64,000 nt of DNA from Candidatus Eiseniibacteriota bacterium. GTDB taxonomy: Bacteria; Eisenbacteria; RBG-16-71-46; JABDJR01. Below the pieces are notes generated by a model, which was given only the letters and a program-made list of their open reading frames with translations, ran no database searches and was not told where the DNA came from. The stretch's first letter is position 1; each line of letters starts with the position of its first letter. The translations under genes were made by a program, and so were the position numbers. The stretch spans positions 64,001 to 128,000 of the forward strand of contig CAWANH010000029.1 of the NCBI GenBank assembly GCA_963783375.1. The letters are read 5' to 3'. Positions 19,794-27,674 of this stretch are shown here, one piece after another.

Positions 19794-22700
19794 ATGAGCA
19801 AGACTCAGGATCCCTCCCGCGTCGTGAACGCGCTCCTCGATTCCCTGGGCACGAACGCCGGATACGTCATCGACATTTACGACCTCTACCGGCAGAGCCC
19901 GCAGACCGTGAACGCGGCCTGGCGGGGCTATTTCGAGGGGCTGGAGCGGGGGGAGATCTCCCCCCACGAGCTTCCCGCGGGCGTCCCCCCCGGGGGGGAC
20001 GGTGCCGAGGCGGCGGGCCCGGCCCCGGTGGGGTCCCCGTTCCCGGGGACCGGCTCCTCGGGGATTGCTCCGCCGGCGGGTTCATCGGCGGCGCAGCGGC
20101 CCGTTGCCCAGGAGGACGGCTCCGCGGAGCCCTTGCGGGGGAGCGCCGCCCTCATCGTCCGCAACATGGAGGCCAGCCGGGAGATCCCCACCGCCACCTC
20201 CTACCGGAGTATCGCGGTCAAGGCGTTGGAGGAGAACCGCCGGTTCCTGAACCATCATCTCGATCTCGCCTCGGGAGGGAAGATCTCCTTCACCCACGCG
20301 ATCGCCTGGGCGGTGATCCGCGCCCTGGTGGAGCATCCGAACCTGAACAGCGGGTTCGCGGTGGTCCGGGGCGAGCCCCACCGCCTCCGCCGCCCGCGGA
20401 TCCACCTGGGGATGGCGGTGGACCTGGAGAAGAAGGACGGCAGCCGCACCCTCCTGGTTCCGAACCTGAAGGACGTCCAGGCCATGGACTTCCGGAAGTT
20501 CCTCGAGAGCTACAACCGCATGATCGAGAACGCGCGGACCGGGAAGCTCCTGCCCGAGGATTTCCTGGGAACCACGGTGAGCATCACCAACCCGGGGACG
20601 GTGGGCACCGGGTCCTCGGTGCCCCGGCTCATGCCCGGCCAGGGAGCGATCGTCGCGGTGGGGGCCATCGGCTACTCCGCGGCCACCCGCGCCATGTCGC
20701 GGGAGATCCTCTCCCGGCTCGGCATCTCCAAGAGCATGACCCTGTCCTGCACCTACGATCACCGGATCATCCAGGGCGCGGAGTCGGGGGAGTTCCTGGG
20801 CCTGGTGGAGCGGCTCCTGCAGGGGGAGGAAGGCTTCTACGACCGGCTCTACGAGGACATGGAGGTGCCCTACCATCCGGTGCGCTGGACCCCCGACGCC
20901 GGGGCCGCGGGCCTGGGGGGCTCCGCCAATGTCGAGGAGATCACCCGGCAGGCCCGCGTATTGCAGCTCATCAACGCCTACCGGGTGCGCGGCCACCTGA
21001 TCGCCCAGCTCGACCCCCTCGGCACCCAGCCCCAGTACCATCCCGAGCTCGATCCCGAGCACTACGGGCTCACCTTGTGGGATCTGGACCGCACCTTCAT
21101 CACCGGGGCCGCGTCCGGGGAGGAGTCGGCCTGGAGCCGGCCCCAGAGCGCTCTCCGCGAGATCCTCGAGACGATTCGCGGCGCCTACTGCGGAAAGATC
21201 GGGATCGAGTACATGAACATCCAGGACCCGGAGCAGAAGGCCTGGATCCAGGACCACGTCGAGCCGGCGCGGGAGCGGGAACCGCTCGATCCCGGGGCGA
21301 AGAAGCGCATCCTGGCCATGCTGGTCAGCGCGGAGGCCTTCGAGCGCTTCCTGCACGCGAAGTTCATCGGCCACAAGCGGTTTTCCCTTGAGGGAGGCGA
21401 GGCCCTGATCCCCGTTCTGGACATGCTCCTGGAGGCGGCGGTATCCGACGGGCTGGAGGAGGTGGCGATGGGTATGGCCCACCGAGGTCGGCTGAACGTC
21501 CTCACCCAGATCCTTCAGGTGGACTATGCCGATCTCTTCTGCGAGTTCCAGGGCACCCGCGATCCCAACGTGACCCAGGGCTCCGGCGACGTGAAGTACC
21601 ACCTGGGGGCGACCGGGGTCCATCCCACCCGGGACGGTCGCGAGGTGCGGATCACCCTGTCCCCCAACCCGAGTCACCTGGAAGCAGTGAACCCGGTGGT
21701 GGAGGGAATTGCCCGGGCCAAGCAGGAGCGGATGGGGGCGGAGGAGGGGCGCCGCCGCATCCTGCCCATCCTCATCCACGGCGACGCCGCCTTCGCCGGT
21801 CAGGGGATCGTGGCCGAGACCCTGAACCTCTCCCAGCTCAAGGGCTACCGCACCGGCGGCACCGTGCACATCATCGTGAACAACCAGATCGGCTTCACCA
21901 CTCCGGTGGAGTCGGCGCGAAGCTCGCCCTATCCCACCGACGTGGCGAAGATGGGTCAGGCGCCGATCTTCCACGTCAACGGGGACGATCCCGAGGCCGC
22001 GGTGCGGGTGGTGCGCTGGGCCCTGGCCTTCCGCCAGGCCTTCCAGAAGGACGTGGTGATCGACATGGTCTGCTACCGGCGCCACGGCCACAACGAGGGG
22101 GACGAGCCGAGCTATACCCAGCCGCGTCTCTACGCCAAGATCCAGAAACACGCCTCGGTGGCCGCCCTCTACGCGGAGAAGCTCCTGCGGGAGGGAACGG
22201 TGACCGAGGAAGAATTCCGCGCGTTCAAGGCGGGCGCGGCCAAGTGCCTGGATCTTTCCTTCGAGCGGGCCCAGCACGAGGCCACCGCGATGAAGCCGGC
22301 GCCGATCGAGGTGCCGAACCCGCGCCCGGGCGCGGCGCCGGTGCCCCGGGCCACGGCCACCGCGCGCGAGACCCTGGAGCGGATCACCGAGGCGATCACC
22401 TCCACCCCCCCCGACGTGGACGTCCACCCCAAGCTCAGGAAGGGGATGGCGGAGCGGCGGCGGGTCATGGAAACCGGAGGGGGGGTCGACTGGGCCTTCG
22501 CCGAGACCCTGGCCTTCGGAAGCCTGGTCCTGGAGAAGGCTCCGGTCCGGCTCTCCGGTCAGGACAGCGTGCGCGGCACCTTCAGCCAGCGGCACCTGCT
22601 CCTGGTCGACGACGACACCGACGCGAGCTGGATGGCCCTCCAGCACCTCGCCCCCGACCAGGCGCCGATGAGCGCCATCGACAGCCCGCTCTCCGAGCTG

Positions 22701-23510
22701 GCGGTCATGGGGTTCGAGTTCGGTTACAGCCTGGGGGACCCGACCGCGCTGGTGCTGTGGGAAGCCCAGTTCGGGGATTTCGTGAACGGGGCCCAGACCC
22801 TGATCGATCAGTTCATCGCCGGCTCGAAGGCCAAGTGGGGCCAGCCCAGCGGCCTGGTGCTGTTGCTTCCGCACGGGTACGAGGGGCAGGGGCCTGACCA
22901 CTCCAGCGCCCGTCCCGAGCGCTTCCTCCAGCTCGCCGCCGAGGACAACCTGCAGATCGTGAACGCCAGCACCCCGGCCCAGTACTTCCACGTGCTGCGC
23001 CGCCAGATGTGCGAGGGGATCCGGACCCCCCTGGTGGTGTTCACCCCCAAGAGCCTCCTGCGTCATCCCCGGGCGCGCTCCGCGGTGCGGGAGCTCACCG
23101 AGGGCCGCTTCCACCGGGTGCTTGCCGACCCGGCCGATCCGGATCCCCGGAAGGTGAAGCGGTTGCTCTTCTGCACCGGGAAGGTCTACTACGACCTCGA
23201 GGAGGCGCGTGAGAAGGCGGTCCGGACCGACGTGGCCGTCTACCGGGTGGAGCAGATGTATCCGTTCCCCGAGGCGGAGATCCGCGAGGCGCTCTCGGTC
23301 TATCGCGGGGCCGGGGCTTTCTGGGTGCAGGAGGAGCCGCGGAACATGGGGGGCTGGCACTTCATGCACGACCGCCTGGCCACCCTCCGGGGGCAGGAGG
23401 TGTCGCTCGGCTACGTGGGGCGGAAGGAAAGCGCCTCGACCGCCACCGGGTATCACGACGTTCACGCCCGCGAGCAGAAGGCACTGGTCGCCGAGGCCCT
23501 GGGGCTGTGA
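19794..23510 (+). CDS. kgd: Multifunctional 2-oxoglutarate dehydrogenase (E2 succinyltransferase domain fused to E1; Kgd/OdhA type)
   Basis: N-terminal acyltransferase domain with TYDHRIIQGAESGEF; E1 motifs KRFSLEG, GMAHRGRLN, GDVKYHLG, HGDAAFAGQG, WEAQFGDF, PHGYEGQGPDHSS. Confidence 0.93.
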   Translation: MSKTQDPSRVVNALLDSLGTNAGYVIDIYDLYRQSPQTVNAAWRGYFEGLERGEISPHELPAGVPPGGDGAEAAGPAPVGSPFPGTGSSGIAPPAGSSAAQRPVAQEDGSAEPLRGSAALIVRNMEASREIPTATSYRSIAVKALEENRRFLNHHLDLASGGKISFTHAIAWAVIRALVEHPNLNSGFAVVRGEPHRLRRPRIHLGMAVDLEKKDGSRTLLVPNLKDVQAMDFRKFLESYNRMIENARTGKLLPEDFLGTTVSITNPGTVGTGSSVPRLMPGQGAIVAVGAIGYSAATRAMSREILSRLGISKSMTLSCTYDHRIIQGAESGEFLGLVERLLQGEEGFYDRLYEDMEVPYHPVRWTPDAGAAGLGGSANVEEITRQARVLQLINAYRVRGHLIAQLDPLGTQPQYHPELDPEHYGLTLWDLDRTFITGAASGEESAWSRPQSALREILETIRGAYCGKIGIEYMNIQDPEQKAWIQDHVEPAREREPLDPGAKKRILAMLVSAEAFERFLHAKFIGHKRFSLEGGEALIPVLDMLLEAAVSDGLEEVAMGMAHRGRLNVLTQILQVDYADLFCEFQGTRDPNVTQGSGDVKYHLGATGVHPTRDGREVRITLSPNPSHLEAVNPVVEGIARAKQERMGAEEGRRRILPILIHGDAAFAGQGIVAETLNLSQLKGYRTGGTVHIIVNNQIGFTTPVESARSSPYPTDVAKMGQAPIFHVNGDDPEAAVRVVRWALAFRQAFQKDVVIDMVCYRRHGHNEGDEPSYTQPRLYAKIQKHASVAALYAEKLLREGTVTEEEFRAFKAGAAKCLDLSFERAQHEATAMKPAPIEVPNPRPGAAPVPRATATARETLERITEAITSTPPDVDVHPKLRKGMAERRRVMETGGGVDWAFAETLAFGSLVLEKAPVRLSGQDSVRGTFSQRHLLLVDDDTDASWMALQHLAPDQAPMSAIDSPLSELAVMGFEFGYSLGDPTALVLWEAQFGDFVNGAQTLIDQFIAGSKAKWGQPSGLVLLLPHGYEGQGPDHSSARPERFLQLAAEDNLQIVNASTPAQYFHVLRRQMCEGIRTPLVVFTPKSLLRHPRARSAVRELTEGRFHRVLADPADPDPRKVKRLLFCTGKVYYDLEEAREKAVRTDVAVYRVEQMYPFPEAEIREALSVYRGAGAFWVQEEPRNMGGWHFMHDRLATLRGQEVSLGYVGRKESASTATGYHDVHAREQKALVAEALGL

Positions 23511-24250
23511 GCGCGGTTTCATCGCTGATCGTGATCCTGGCCGGGCTGGCCGCCGGGCTTCCGGCGGTGCTCCCGCAGGCTCCCCGGGTCAACGATCCCG
23601 TATTCGCGGTGCTGGTGGGGCTGGTGGAAAACAACCTCTACGGCGATCTCCCGGAGGCCCGCCTCCGAAGCGAGGCGCTCCGGTCGGGCCGGCCCACCAA
23701 GCTTCCCCTGGGCCGCCTGCGCGACGTTCGCCGGCTTCCCATGATCGGCCGCGGGCGGGCCCGGATCGTGATCACCGCCGACGGGCCCCTCGATCTTTCC
23801 GCCCCCTACGACATCCTCGGCTATCACCCGGGGCGGTTTCGGGCCTCGCCGGTCCTGGTTCTCGACGAGTGGAACCTGGGGACGGTGCGGCTGGGGGTGC
23901 GCGGGGACCGGGGCGCCCCGGACTCGATGGCCGAGCTCGAGGACGTGCACCTGTGGGGAATCCAGCAGGGCTACCTGGACATGGACGTGGACGGTTGGCT
24001 GGACGCGATCATGGGCGACCGGCTCGACGACACCCGGGTCGCCGGCTTCGTCCTCTTCCGCTACCGGGGGGAGCTGATCGGGATCGCCACCGGCTACAAC
24101 AAGGACGGAGAGGGCCGCTCGGGGGCGTTCCGGTTCCGGGACGACACCATCGTCTTCCCCGCCGAGCCCGCGTTCATGGCCGCGGGGGCCGCCTTTCGCG
24201 CCCGGCTGGAACGGTTGATGCCGGCGATCTCGCGCTTTCGCCGCAGGTAG
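23507..24250 (+). CDS. Exported hypothetical protein coupled to kgd
   Basis: GTGA overlap with the kgd stop; hydrophobic N-terminus; plausible globular sequence; no family recognised. Confidence 0.65.
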   Translation: MSAVSSLIVILAGLAAGLPAVLPQAPRVNDPVFAVLVGLVENNLYGDLPEARLRSEALRSGRPTKLPLGRLRDVRRLPMIGRGRARIVITADGPLDLSAPYDILGYHPGRFRASPVLVLDEWNLGTVRLGVRGDRGAPDSMAELEDVHLWGIQQGYLDMDVDGWLDAIMGDRLDDTRVAGFVLFRYRGELIGIATGYNKDGEGRSGAFRFRDDTIVFPAEPAFMAAGAAFRARLERLMPAISRFRRR

Positions 24251-24270
24251 CGGCGCCGGGATCGCCCCGG

Positions 24271-25963
24271 CTATCCGCCGACCTTCACCAGCCGGCGGGA
24301 CGTCGAGGCGCCGTCGCTTTCCACCCGGATGAAGTAGATGCCGGCCGGAGCCTCGGATCCGGTGTCGAGGCGGCCGTCCCAGACCATCGGGCCCGTCCCC
24401 GCCGGAAGCGCGAGCCGGGCGACCACCCGGCCGCTCATGTCCACCACCCGGGCCCGGACCGTGGCACCCGCGGCCCAGGTCACCTCGATGGCCGCCCCGT
24501 TCCGGGTCGGATTGGGATAGGGGAGGCCGGCCCGTAGCCGGAAGACCGGCACCTGAACGGCCGCCGGTCCGAAGCGTTCCCGGGCGCCGTCCCGCTCCAC
24601 CGCTTCCAGCCAGTAGCGATAGCCCAGCCCCGGCGTCGCGGAGCGATCGACATATTCGCGCGCCGACGCGGGGAGGAGCCCCTCGTGGACCGGGCCGGGA
24701 TCCCCGCCCTCGTCGCGGAGCACCCGGAACCCGGCCACGCCCCCGTCCACCGCAGCGCTCCAGGTGAGGCGGACCCCGCCGGCGTCCGCGCTCGCGTTCA
24801 GGGTCACCGCGCGGACCGGGACGACCTGCCCCCCGGGAGCGGTCACCGGGAGGGAGGTCCCGTCGCTGTCGGCGGCCGCGGCCTGGGTGAAGGCGAAGGT
24901 GAGGTTTCCGGACGGGACGTCGGGGATCCGGAAGCGCACCGAGGCCACGGTACCCGAACCGGGGGGGAACGCGTTTCCGGGGGAGCTGGTGAAGGAAACC
25001 CGCACCTCTCCGGCCGTTCCCAGATCCACGGTCATCGGGCGGCCTTCGCTTCGCGGTCCCGGAATCACCGAGAGCGCGGTCCCCCGGCCGGGGTCGAACC
25101 CCAGGGTGAACTCCAGGCTCGCCGCCTCCAGGTTGCTCTTGAAATCGACCGGCACCCAGACGCTGTCCCCGGGTCCGGCGGTGAGTCCGGAGGGAACGCA
25201 GAAGGGCCAGATCGGGGACCACCGCCGGGAGCACGGCGAAGGAGAGATCGTTGACGTCGCTCGCCGTCCCCCCCTCGGAGTCCTCCGCGGTCACCCGCAC
25301 CCGGGCATTGGCGGTGGGGATCGCGGGAACGGTCCAGGAATAGGAGCCGGAGTTGGCCAGGAGCGAATCCACCGGCGCCCAACTCACCCCGTCGTCGTCG
25401 CTCCACTCGATGCGGACGGTCACGGCGGCGCCGTCCTCCGGATCGGAGGCGTTCCAGGCGATCGCGTGCACGGAGCCCGCGGTCCACGATTCCCCGCCGT
25501 TGGGGGAGAGCACGGTGACCGAGGGAGGCTCGTTGGCCGCCGGGAGGAACTCCGGGGTGAGGGTGTAGCTATCGAAGTCGGTGGACCCCAGGACGGACTT
25601 CACCTTGATCCAGAACGGACCCCCGGCGGTCACCGGCACCGTGATGACCTCGGTGGTGTCTTCGCGGCTCTGGGAGTCCGCGTAGATGCTCCCGTTCTGG
25701 TCGGTGAGGAAGAGATCGTAGTCCCGGCCGGGGGGAATGTCGCTCAGGGTGACGGTCATGTCTCCCTGGCCGGCTTCGAGCCAGTACCAGTCCACGTCGG
25801 ACTCGCTGGCGATGGTGGCCTGGATCGCCACCCCGCTTTGGAGAGGGCCGTAGGCCACGCTCAGGGAGTCGTTGGGCTCGAACGCGTCCGCGCCGGCGGT
25901 GGCGGGGGGAAGGATGACGGCCAGGGTGAGCGCGGCCAGGAGGCCGGTCAGTCGTTGTTTCAC
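24271..25963 (-). CDS. Secreted multidomain protein (PPC-like, Ig-like, cohesin-like, FlgD-Ig C-terminal domain); frameshift near 25200
   Basis: Signal peptide; DAFEPNDS...DVDWY (PPC-like); VTVLSPNGGESW Ig domain; after the frame change VPSGLTAGPGDSVWVPVDF (cohesin-like); PYPNP...WDGRLDTG...AGIYFIRV tail. Confidence 0.75.
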
Positions 25964-26009
25964 GGCGAGCGTCTCCGTCCTCCACCGGCCGCGCCTGGGG
26001 CTCGCGGGG

Positions 26010-26612
26010 TCAGGGTTTGTCGAGCATCCGGACCGGCCGCGGTCCCTGGAGCGACTGGAGTCCCGGAACCGCCAGCACCCGGAAAAGCGCCTTCGGAGGC
26101 GCGGCCAGGGTGGCCACCGGACCCGCCACCGTCCGCACTTCCGCCCCCGCCGCCGTGAGCGCGCTTCGGGCCGCTTCCGCCCCTCCGGAGAACGTCACGG
26201 TGACCGCGATGGCGGTGGTGTCTCCCGCCGCCCATGCGGTGAGGAGCCGGCGGCGGAACCAGCCGTCGATGCGGCCCGCCGCCTCCCCCGGCGCCCAGTA
26301 CGCCGCGTCTTCGATCCCGGGGATGGCGTTCAGCTCCGAGACGTCCCGGTGGAGGATCTCCACCAGCAACGCATCGGGAGTGCGCATGATCTCGTGTCCC
26401 TTTTCTCCCAGAGCGGGAAGCGCCTCCGGAATGGACTCGGCGCGAACCGAGACCAGAACCGTGGCGTCTTCCGGAATGCCCTGGAGGCGTTCGCGCGAGA
26501 CCCGGTCCATGTTCTTCACGACCCCCTCCTCGGCGCACGAGGCCGCCGCCGCGACGAGAGCCATCGCGACCGCGAACCCGGCCAGTCCCATCCTTGGTTT
26601 CGGCAGTTGCAT
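26010..26612 (-). CDS. Lipoprotein made of two subtilase-propeptide-like (I9-like) repeats
   Basis: AGGAG RBS; lipobox AAAS-C; LTAAGAEVRTVAGPVATLAAP...LAVPGLQSLQGPRP resembles S8 prodomains; no catalytic domain. Confidence 0.65.
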   Translation of the reverse strand: MQLPKPRMGLAGFAVAMALVAAAASCAEEGVVKNMDRVSRERLQGIPEDATVLVSVRAESIPEALPALGEKGHEIMRTPDALLVEILHRDVSELNAIPGIEDAAYWAPGEAAGRIDGWFRRRLLTAWAAGDTTAIAVTVTFSGGAEAARSALTAAGAEVRTVAGPVATLAAPPKALFRVLAVPGLQSLQGPRPVRMLDKP

Positions 26613-26802
26613 GTCCACTCCTGAGTCGGTGCCGGTAGCTTCACCCCGTTCCTCCCGGGCCCGCCCGCGGTCCATGGTAGGCATGTCCGCGCGGGATGCG
26701 CCACCCGGGGAGTTGGCGGTTGACCGCCTACCGGCCTCCCGTCATGCTTTCCCGGTTTCCCGGACCTGGCGGTCCCGCCCGGGCGAACCGCCGGAGGTGG
26801 TT

Positions 26803-27576
26803 GTGATTCAGCTTCTGGCCGCCGCGCCCCTGGCCTTCCTGGTTGGAGTCTCCCTGGGCCTCCTCGGCGGGGGAGGCTCCATCCTCACCGTCCCCATTCT
26901 GGTCTACGTTCTCGGCCTGGACCCCAAATCGGCCATCGCCACCTCGCTCCTGGTGGTCGGCTTCACCAGCCTGGTGGGGGCGCTCCGCCACGGTCGCCAC
27001 GGAAACCTCGACCGCAGGGTGGGGTTGAGCTTTGGGGTGGCGGGGATCGTGGGCGCCTCGGCGGGGAGCCGGGTGGCCGCGCTGGACGCGGTCCCGGGGG
27101 GCGTGCTCCTGGCCGCCTTCGCGCTCCTCATGGTGGTGGTGGCCGCGCTCATGCTCCGCCCCCGGACGCCCCGGGACCGCTCCGGAGCCGCCGCCGGATC
27201 GCGGCCGGCTCCCGCGCCCGCGGTAGCCGGCTACGGGCTCCTGACCGGGCTCCTGACCGGGCTCCTCGGGGTGGGGGGAGGCTTCGTCATCGTTCCCACC
27301 CTCCTCCTGGTGGCGCGCCTTCCCATGCACCTGGCCGTCGGCACCTCGCTCCTGGTCATCGCCCTCAACTGTGGGGCCGGTTTGACCGGGTTTCTGGGCA
27401 AGGTCCACATCCACTGGGGACTGGCCCTGATCTTCGGAGTGGCCAGCACCGCGGGAAGCGTGGTGGGAGCGAACTGGGCCGCGCGCACCCGTCCGGAGCG
27501 GCTGCGGCGGGGATTTGCCGTCTTCGTGCTCCTGGCCGGGGTGGCCATGCTGATCGAGCAGGCGGTGGGGGGCTGA
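26803..27576 (+). CDS. TSUP (TauE/SafE sulfite exporter family) membrane protein
   Basis: GLLGGGGSILTVPIL...AIATSL and GLLGVGGGFVIVP...AVGTSL repeats; GGAGG RBS before GTG. Confidence 0.9.
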   Translation: MIQLLAAAPLAFLVGVSLGLLGGGGSILTVPILVYVLGLDPKSAIATSLLVVGFTSLVGALRHGRHGNLDRRVGLSFGVAGIVGASAGSRVAALDAVPGGVLLAAFALLMVVVAALMLRPRTPRDRSGAAAGSRPAPAPAVAGYGLLTGLLTGLLGVGGGFVIVPTLLLVARLPMHLAVGTSLLVIALNCGAGLTGFLGKVHIHWGLALIFGVASTAGSVVGANWAARTRPERLRRGFAVFVLLAGVAMLIEQAVGG

Positions 27577-27588
27577 TCGAGCAGGCGG
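27549..27588. repeat. 17-bp direct repeat at the TSUP 3' end
   Basis: GCTGATCGAGCAGGCGG at 27549-27565 and 27572-27588; the second copy supplies the stop codon. Confidence 0.85.
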
Positions 27589-27631
27589 CGCGGAGAGAAC
27601 ATCTTCCGGCGCTTCCCGCGCCCGCCGCCGG

Positions 27632-27674
27632 CAGCCAGCCAGCCAGCCAGCCAGCTAGCTGGCTAGCTAGCTAG
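27632..27674 (-). repeat. (AGCC)n/(CTAG)n tetranucleotide tract forming a hairpin at the RapA-like gene stop
   Basis: CAGCCAGCC...AGCCAGCTAGCTGGCTAGCTAGCTAG with a 16-bp perfect palindrome at 27649-27664. Confidence 0.8.

Noticed and set aside
23519-25200. C-terminal part of the 814-aa ORF 23519-25963
   Set aside because: Arg/Gly/Pro-rich out-of-frame read-through after the frameshift; the real C-terminus is in the 24271-25155 frame
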